64,000 nucleotides of DNA, from contig JAVCBU010000016.1 in NCBI GenBank assembly GCA_037917685.1, forward strand, positions 21,074 through 85,073. The letters are read 5' to 3'. The DNA comes from Thermoproteota archaeon. GTDB lineage: Archaea > Korarchaeota > Korarchaeia > Korarchaeales > JAOZGB01. The notes below the pieces were generated by a model. The model searched no databases and was not told the origin of the DNA. It saw only the letters and a program-made list of their open reading frames with translations. Shown in pieces: positions 57,763 to 64,000 of this stretch; the first letter of the stretch is position 1, and each line of letters starts with the position of its first letter. The translations under genes were made by a program, and so were the position numbers.

Positions 57763-58767
57763 TTGAAAGCTTTGATAATTCCAATTCTAATACTGGCTCT
57801 GTCCTGCCTTAGTTTTCAACCCTTTAACAACGGTTTAAAGGTAGCTGTTTCTATTCAAACTTTGAGCGGTATTGTCAAGGCTATAGGAGGAAGCAGGGTT
57901 GAAATATCGGTACTGCTACCGGAAGGTGTTGAACCCCATGCCTTCCAAGCATCTACAGAGGTTATCGAGAAGGCTTCGGAGGCTTCCCTTCTCGTCTTCA
58001 CAGGACATTTCCCTTTTGAGTATCAGCTGGCATCATCCGTGAATGTTGAATATGTGTCTCTTGATGACTACAGAAAGTATGGCCTGTCACTTTCACCATT
58101 ACCCGGGTCTGAAGGAGAAAATCTACATGGTTACTGGTTGAAACCCGAAAACGGTATCGCTATAGCTATGGCCGTTGCTGAGAAGCTTAAAGTTTTAGAT
58201 CCAAGTCATGCGGACTACTATGAGAATAACCTAAAACATTTTACATCCACAGTTGAAGAGATAGCTAGATTTATGGAGGAACAAGCTGAAAGATACGGCT
58301 ATAAGAGTGTTAGGGTTGTGGCGGCATTTCCATCCGAGGTGTACATTGCCGAATCTCTCGGGTTAAAGGTTGAAAACGTCATTGTAAAGGGAGAAAACGT
58401 TTTCATCTCGGGAGGTGAGCTTTCAAGGCTTGAAACACTGCTAATGGAGGGTAAGGTTAAGGCTATTCTTGTCTCGGAGGTTTCGGAGATGCTTAAGGCA
58501 GGAGAATACGCTAAGCAGTTGTCACAAGATACAGGTGTCCCCCTTATTAGGGTTAGGGCTGTTTCGGTGCCTGGGATTGACTGCTATGAGGGCCTCCTGC
58601 TGTATAATCTTGGGCTGGTCTCAGGAGTGCTGAGGCTCAATGTTAGAGTCAGAGGGGAGGTTAACCTTACGAAATACTATCTGGCTATCGTAATCATGGG
58701 GATTTTAATAGTAATACAGGCATTTATTATCTACAGAGGTGTAGCAATTGGCTTTTCTAGAGGTTGA
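57763..58767 (+). CDS. Zn/Mn ABC transporter substrate-binding protein (cluster A-I)
   Basis: LPEGVEPHAF, NLHGYWL.P, DPSHADYY; extra C-terminal TM. Confidence 0.85.
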   Translation: MKALIIPILILALSCLSFQPFNNGLKVAVSIQTLSGIVKAIGGSRVEISVLLPEGVEPHAFQASTEVIEKASEASLLVFTGHFPFEYQLASSVNVEYVSLDDYRKYGLSLSPLPGSEGENLHGYWLKPENGIAIAMAVAEKLKVLDPSHADYYENNLKHFTSTVEEIARFMEEQAERYGYKSVRVVAAFPSEVYIAESLGLKVENVIVKGENVFISGGELSRLETLLMEGKVKAILVSEVSEMLKAGEYAKQLSQDTGVPLIRVRAVSVPGIDCYEGLLLYNLGLVSGVLRLNVRVRGEVNLTKYYLAIVIMGILIVIQAFIIYRGVAIGFSRG

Positions 58768-59527
58768 AAACCTGTCGGTAGAGTATAACGGTTTTACGGC
58801 CCTTGAAGACATATCCTTCAAGGTTGATAAGGCTAGAATAGTCACGCTGATAGGCCCAAACGGGGCTGGCAAAACAACGCTTCTCCGAGCAATAGCAGGA
58901 CTAATAAAACCCACCCATGGGGTAGTTAGGGTGGAAGGAATAAGTCTATGGGAGGATCCCATAAGGGTTAGAAAGCTAATGGGCTATGTGCCTCAATGGG
59001 AGAGGATAAACACCGGCGTTCCCTTAAAGGTTAAGGACATAGTTCTAATGGGGAGACTGATAAAAAGGAAGCCGCCAAGGATTCCTACCAGGGAAGACAT
59101 GGAGGCTGTCATGAACGCTTTGAGACTTGTAGGGTTGGAGGATGCCTGGGATATGCCTTTCACATCCCTGTCTGGGGGGCAGCAGCAGAGGGTTCTCATT
59201 GCAAGATGCTGTGCTACAGAAGCCAAACTTATGCTCCTGGACGAGCCTTTCTCAGCGGTGGATACAAAGTCTCTCCCAAACCTTCTTGAACTCATTGAGA
59301 GGGCTAGGAGCGAGTATGGTATAACTGTTTTGCTTGCGACACACGATGTGAACCCGGTTCTCGAATATACCGACCTTGTTATGATTCTTAATAGGAAACT
59401 GATAAGCTTTGGCCCTCCGGATGTAGCTATAACAGAGGAAGCGCTGAAAAGTGTTTACGGTCCTGTAGCAAAGGTTATAAGACACGGTAAAATATGCTAC
59501 ACCATTTCAGGTGATGTACATGCATAA
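58748..59527 (+). CDS. Zn/Mn ABC transporter ATP-binding protein
   Basis: GPNGAGKT, GYVPQ, LSGGQQQR, LLDEP, THD. Confidence 0.92.
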   Translation: MAFLEVENLSVEYNGFTALEDISFKVDKARIVTLIGPNGAGKTTLLRAIAGLIKPTHGVVRVEGISLWEDPIRVRKLMGYVPQWERINTGVPLKVKDIVLMGRLIKRKPPRIPTREDMEAVMNALRLVGLEDAWDMPFTSLSGGQQQRVLIARCCATEAKLMLLDEPFSAVDTKSLPNLLELIERARSEYGITVLLATHDVNPVLEYTDLVMILNRKLISFGPPDVAITEEALKSVYGPVAKVIRHGKICYTISGDVHA

Positions 59528-60338
59528 CCCGTGGATTAGTATTTTTATTTTCAGGGCCCTAATAGCAGCCGTATTCACCGCTGTAAGCTCAGCCATCGCC
59601 GGCAGCTTCATGGTTATGAGGGGGCTATCATTTATGGCGTCAGCCGTCGCCCACGCTGCTCTTGGAGGTGCTGCCCTTGGCATTTATCTTCAATCCTCCG
59701 GATTAGCGTCATGGTTCCATCCTCTCATAGGGGTGCTTCTCTTTGGTGCTGCCGTAGCCCTGCTCACCGGGTACGCAGGGGAGAGAGGGGTGATAGTAGA
59801 GATGGAAAAGGCAGTAGGGGTGTCATTTGCCTTCTCAATGAGCCTCGCGGTCTTCTTCATGTACTACATACCGGTAGACAAAGCTCCAAGGATCTGGGGA
59901 TACTTTGTAGGGGATATATTACTCCTATCAGATGATGATATACTCCTCCTAACCGTTATAACCCTTATAGCCCTGGTTTTCGGGCTGGCCTTTTTCAGGG
60001 AGTTCATATATATTTCCTTCGACATGGAGTCATCCACAGCATTTGGCTTGAACGCTAGCATGTATAACTATCTACTTCTCCTCCTTATAGCTTTATCGGT
60101 TACAGTCACCACGAAAGCTGTAGGAGCGATACTTGCCTTTTCCGTTCTGATCGCCCCAGCGGCTGCTGCAAGCAAAATAGGGGGAAATGTAAGCCAGATC
60201 GTTCTATTGTCATTTGTCCTTTCCCTCGTCTCCCAGTTTATAGGCATAGCGGCCTCTGTGTTCCTAACCGTTTCCCCAACTGCTATAACAGGCTTGTTCT
60301 CTTCAGCGCTATACCTTTTATCCCTACTAAGAGACTAA
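59520..60338 (+). CDS. Zn/Mn ABC transporter permease (ABC-3)
   Basis: AVAHAALGG, FVGDIL, SFD, KAVGAIL, IAPAA; ATG 59520 overlaps the ATPase end. Confidence 0.88.
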   Translation: MHNPWISIFIFRALIAAVFTAVSSAIAGSFMVMRGLSFMASAVAHAALGGAALGIYLQSSGLASWFHPLIGVLLFGAAVALLTGYAGERGVIVEMEKAVGVSFAFSMSLAVFFMYYIPVDKAPRIWGYFVGDILLLSDDDILLLTVITLIALVFGLAFFREFIYISFDMESSTAFGLNASMYNYLLLLLIALSVTVTTKAVGAILAFSVLIAPAAAASKIGGNVSQIVLLSFVLSLVSQFIGIAASVFLTVSPTAITGLFSSALYLLSLLRD

Positions 60339-60856
60339 ATCCTATACATATCTGTTGTATCCCTAAAACCTGGAAGAATCTCAACCTCTGAGCCGACGAC
60401 TGTTGGAGGCCTGAAAGAGGCCCATCTCAAGCTTGGGAACACTCTGTGAGGCCCCCTCCTCGCTATCAAAGTTACGGGATGGTCTCGGCCAAAGAACCTT
60501 CTGGCTATCCTGTAGGCTATCCTCTTGACATAAGATTCGCTCTCATACCCAAGCGTGTGAAGATACTCATGTAAAAGTATGTAGAATAAGTATGCGTTGT
60601 AGTCTCTTCTATCATAGGTCCTCCTTATTTTCTCCATGGTATCTTTATTTATTACTATAAGGTTTGTCCCGACAACATGGTAGGCAAGAACCACCTCTGG
60701 GATTTTCTGGAGTCCTAGGCTTATACCTCCCCTTTCCCTCCCTAGGAACTCGCTGACCGCCCTTTTAACAAGGGCCCATATGCAGTTTATGTCAGCACAG
60801 GAATCTAGCTTACCTTTAAAGGGTGCTTCAGGCAACTTTCGATACCTGCTATTCAA
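60335..60856 (-). CDS. Small HExxH zincin-like protein
   Basis: LAYH..N.IVIN..ILLHEYLHTLG. Confidence 0.7.
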   Translation of the reverse strand: MNSRYRKLPEAPFKGKLDSCADINCIWALVKRAVSEFLGRERGGISLGLQKIPEVVLAYHVVGTNLIVINKDTMEKIRRTYDRRDYNAYLFYILLHEYLHTLGYESESYVKRIAYRIARRFFGRDHPVTLIARRGPHRVFPSLRWASFRPPTVVGSEVEILPGFRDTTDMYRI

Positions 60857-60901
60857 TATCTACATGTTTATTTTAAGGCTTAGCATGAAAAATATATATT
60901 T

Positions 60902-62095
60902 ATGGTTCAAAATCTCACAGCGCTGCTTCAAGACCTTTACAGCCTTATTAATAGCTTGAAGCCACTCATACTACTAGCGGCAGTAGCGCTGGTTCTGTCG
61001 TCAATCCTCAGCTGGTTCAGCATGGACAGGGTTCTAAAGCTTGCAAGGGGGAGAAACGTCGTCCTTTTCACGGTGGACAAGGATGGAGATGGGAAGCTTG
61101 ATGCCTACTATGGAAAGCTTATGGCCCCCTCATTCGGCTCCGGAGGTTTTGAAATACACTATCCGATAGGTGGGGCAAGACATGTTGGAAGCCTGATAGC
61201 ATACCTAAAGCAGGCGTATAGGGAAACAGGTCAGGAGAAGTATTTGAAGATGTCAGACCAGCTTATCCACATAGCTAAAGACGCAGGTATTGATGTTCAG
61301 AAAGCGGTGGAGGAGGCAGAGAGATACCCGTACACTAGTCCGCCCGAATTTTCGCTCAAAATTTACAGTAGCCAGATTGATGATGTATATGCGGTTGCAA
61401 GGTTTAAGGACTGGATGTCAGATGAGGAAGCACATGCTAGAGCCATGGAAATTGAGAGGTTTTTCCACCCTTCTCTTGTTCAGAGGCTTAAAAGAAGAAT
61501 ATATAATGCCATCGCATACGTAAAGGATAAGATAGCTAAGGCTACTGCAAGCATTACAATGCCACTCACAGGTGTCTTGCCATCAGAGGTTAAAGGTGTT
61601 ATCCAGGAGTACCAGGCGAAAATGCTTCAAACTATGAAAAGCTACGACCCCATGCTTGAAAACAGCATAGGAAAACTTGTGAAAGTATTGGTAAAGGAGA
61701 ACGGCTCAAGATACTATCAGGGATTCCTAAGAGAGTACAGTGATTCCTACCTTTACATTTACAATGTCCCATTCAGGCTGAAGGTCATACAAACCTTTGA
61801 GAAGACAGAGCTTGAATATACACCCCACGGCTGGAAAACTGAGATGCTTAAACTTCTAAAACTACGGAGAAAAGGCAGCAGATGCTTAGTTGAGAACCCT
61901 AGAGAAATCCCTGTTCTCGTAAAGATAAAGTGTGGGGAGGAGGAAAAAGAACTTTTCATGCAGCCTTCAAGTAGGGCTATGATAAACTGTCCAGAGCCTA
62001 CATTGGAATATGAAGTCATAATCTACGCAGACGTTATATGGCCTAGAAGTAAGGCTACAGTTCTAGGTCTTGCGGAGCCTTTAAGTCTCGAATAG
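60902..62095 (+). CDS. N-terminally anchored hypothetical protein, possibly with Sm-like domains
   Basis: Long ORF, one TM, DKDGDG loop, SIGKLVKVLV..YYQGFLREY..YLYIYNV. Confidence 0.65.
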   Translation: MVQNLTALLQDLYSLINSLKPLILLAAVALVLSSILSWFSMDRVLKLARGRNVVLFTVDKDGDGKLDAYYGKLMAPSFGSGGFEIHYPIGGARHVGSLIAYLKQAYRETGQEKYLKMSDQLIHIAKDAGIDVQKAVEEAERYPYTSPPEFSLKIYSSQIDDVYAVARFKDWMSDEEAHARAMEIERFFHPSLVQRLKRRIYNAIAYVKDKIAKATASITMPLTGVLPSEVKGVIQEYQAKMLQTMKSYDPMLENSIGKLVKVLVKENGSRYYQGFLREYSDSYLYIYNVPFRLKVIQTFEKTELEYTPHGWKTEMLKLLKLRRKGSRCLVENPREIPVLVKIKCGEEEKELFMQPSSRAMINCPEPTLEYEVIIYADVIWPRSKATVLGLAEPLSLE

Positions 62096-62884
62096 AAGCT
62101 TATACAGCTCGGGTCTACGGTCCTCCCATAGGTCGTTGAGATCTGTAATCCTTTTGCTACGGGCTACCTCTAAGTCTACGTTAACTACACGTATCTCCTC
62201 ACTGTCCTTTGGAGCCCTACATAGAACCTCCATTTTTGGGCTTGTGACCTGGCTCATCCCTATAAACCTTAAAGTTTCCCCAGTGAGTTTTTCCTCTCCT
62301 ATCCTGTTGGCTGTAATGGTGTAAACCCGGTTTTCAACAGACCTTGCAAGCATAGCCGTAGGCGCATAGGGTAGCACAAGATTTGCAGGGTGTGCTATAA
62401 TCTCAGCTCCCATCAGGGCTAGAGTTCTGGCGGCTTCAGGAAATATCCAATCGAAGCAGATCATAACGCCAAGCTTAAAGTCCTTAAGCCTGAACACCTT
62501 AAACTCGGAGCCTGGGGTAAATAGGAGCTTCTCCTTGTAGAATAGGTGAACCTTTCTATAAACTCCTACCGGGCCATGCGGGCCGTAAACGCCTGCGCTA
62601 TTATAGACCCTGCCATTATACAACTCTGCGAATCCAGCAACTATGTAAGCTCCAAGTTCTTCCGCAAGGCTCATAAGCCTCTGAGATGTGTAGCCTTCTG
62701 GAAACCTCTCAGCAAGTCTCAAGGCCTCGTTGAAAGTTGGTATAGCATATCCGGTATTGAAGAGTTCTGGGAGAACCAGCAGATCTATTTCACCGGTGAA
62801 TCCCCTTATCGAGCGTTCTGCGTGTTCAACGTTCTCTTTAACCCGGCCTAATCTGATGTTAAGCTGCGCATATCCTATCTTCAC
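62081..62884 (-). CDS. Carbon-nitrogen hydrolase (nitrilase family)
   Basis: LPELF, YRKVHL, ICFDW.FPE catalytic triad Glu-Lys-Cys. Confidence 0.92.
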   Translation of the reverse strand: MKIGYAQLNIRLGRVKENVEHAERSIRGFTGEIDLLVLPELFNTGYAIPTFNEALRLAERFPEGYTSQRLMSLAEELGAYIVAGFAELYNGRVYNSAGVYGPHGPVGVYRKVHLFYKEKLLFTPGSEFKVFRLKDFKLGVMICFDWIFPEAARTLALMGAEIIAHPANLVLPYAPTAMLARSVENRVYTITANRIGEEKLTGETLRFIGMSQVTSPKMEVLCRAPKDSEEIRVVNVDLEVARSKRITDLNDLWEDRRPELYKLLFET

Positions 62885-62894
62885 CTTAGACCCC

Positions 62895-63791
62895 TTAGAA
62901 GTGTATTCTGGCTGCTGCTATAAGCTTCTGAACCTCATCAACAAAGACCTCGACACCCATTACCTTTGGTAGTTTAAGCAGGAAGTCCCTCTCTGTGACT
63001 ATTCCCTTCCCGTCAGATGTTACAAGGCACCCTATACTATGCTTCCTCATAAGTCTAACAGCCTGAGATAGGTCTTCTTCGGGGTCCACTGTCACTATTT
63101 CCCTGGTGCAAATGTTTTGGAGGGGTGTATCCCATATAATCTTCCATTTCCCAGATTTTAGAGCCTGCCGCGTAGAATCTTTACAATAGAACCTTAAGAT
63201 GTCTTTGATGCTTAGAATCCCCCGTAAACCTCCTGATGGCGATTTTAATACGAGCCTTCTAATGTCTCTAGAGATCATAAGCCTCTGTCCTTCAATAAGA
63301 GTAGCCTGGGGTGGAAGAGTTATTAGGGGAGTGGACATTATCTCTTTAACCCTAACGTAAGTATGCGACTCAGAGAATAACGCCATAATATGTTTCTCCG
63401 AGATTATTCCAATAACCTTCATCTCGGAGTTTACAATTGGAAGCGCACCTATGTCCCTCTCCATCATAATATTTATCACATCATAAAGGCTGTCGTCATC
63501 GTACAGGTAGGAGCACGGATTCATTATTTCAGCTGCGGCGGTCTCCTGTATCGCCCTATAAAGGTCCCCATTGTATCTTTCTACAATCTCATACTTTTGA
63601 CCTCCGCCTAAAAAGTTGACAATATCCTTAGCAGAGACTATTCCGCTAAGCCTCCCCTCTTTATCAACAATTACCGCATGTCTCACCCCCCTAGTGGTTA
63701 GCTGGCACATCATCTTAGCTATGGGAACCTCAGCTTCTAACATGACGAGAGGCGGATACCTCCCAACCTTTAGTTCTCCTATGCTTTTCAT
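62895..63791 (-). CDS. Four-CBS-domain protein
   Basis: GIVSAKD, GIISEKH, GILSIKD, GIVTERD. Confidence 0.9.
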   Translation of the reverse strand: MKSIGELKVGRYPPLVMLEAEVPIAKMMCQLTTRGVRHAVIVDKEGRLSGIVSAKDIVNFLGGGQKYEIVERYNGDLYRAIQETAAAEIMNPCSYLYDDDSLYDVINIMMERDIGALPIVNSEMKVIGIISEKHIMALFSESHTYVRVKEIMSTPLITLPPQATLIEGQRLMISRDIRRLVLKSPSGGLRGILSIKDILRFYCKDSTRQALKSGKWKIIWDTPLQNICTREIVTVDPEEDLSQAVRLMRKHSIGCLVTSDGKGIVTERDFLLKLPKVMGVEVFVDEVQKLIAAARIHF

Positions 63792-63916
63792 GAAAATCCC
63801 TCCGATGATTAAAGAAGGTTCTTACGCCCCTAGCCTAAACTTAAATTTTAAAGTTTATTACAGAATAGCCCAAGGCGAAATACTCTAATACTCACCAAAA
63901 AGGGGGATAGATAGAG

Positions 63917-64000
63917 CTACCTAAACTTCTTAGCAGCCAACAAGAACACCATGGCAGCCACAGCAATCATTGTTAAGTTAAACTCCGGCACCTGCATCCC
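63917..64000 (-). CDS. C-terminus of a PEF-CTERM protein (5'-truncated by window edge)
   Basis: Manual translation GMQVPEFNLTMIAVAAMVFLLAAKKFR*, followed by CCCCCTTTT on the minus strand. Confidence 0.8.
   Translation of the reverse strand, partial: GMQVPEFNLTMIAVAAMVFLLAAKKFR

Overview
Gene-dense archaeal chromosome segment, probably from an anaerobic thermophile of a TACK or related lineage such as Bathyarchaeia. That placement is inferred from the archaeal-type ACDS, Mer, FtsZ, PEF/CFI-box sorting tails and AGG/ATA codon use. The core is a Wood-Ljungdahl island at 13.7-27.6 kb: RACo activator, CooT, two CooC ATPases, cdhA-B-C-D-E, an Fe-S protein, a catalytic-domain-only methionine synthase homologue, a small unknown ORF and mer. 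It is flanked by an acyl-CoA module whose thiolase lacks the catalytic Cys. The rest encodes secreted surface proteins with C-terminal sorting signals, a GH5 hydrolase, three ABC systems, KaiC-like ATPase, MDH, FtsZ, AmrS, a tandem DUF1611-like pair beside two RimK-type ligases, and an arrestin-fold/wHTH protein. Features missed by the ORF track: a box C/D guide sRNA candidate (5167-5234) predicted to target 23S helix 69, a probable CTG start for mdh, three gene remnants, two edge-truncated ORFs, tandem promoter duplications and a nested palindromic operator. No tRNA, rRNA, CRISPR array or transposase was seen. All family calls are from motif recognition by eye, not database searches.
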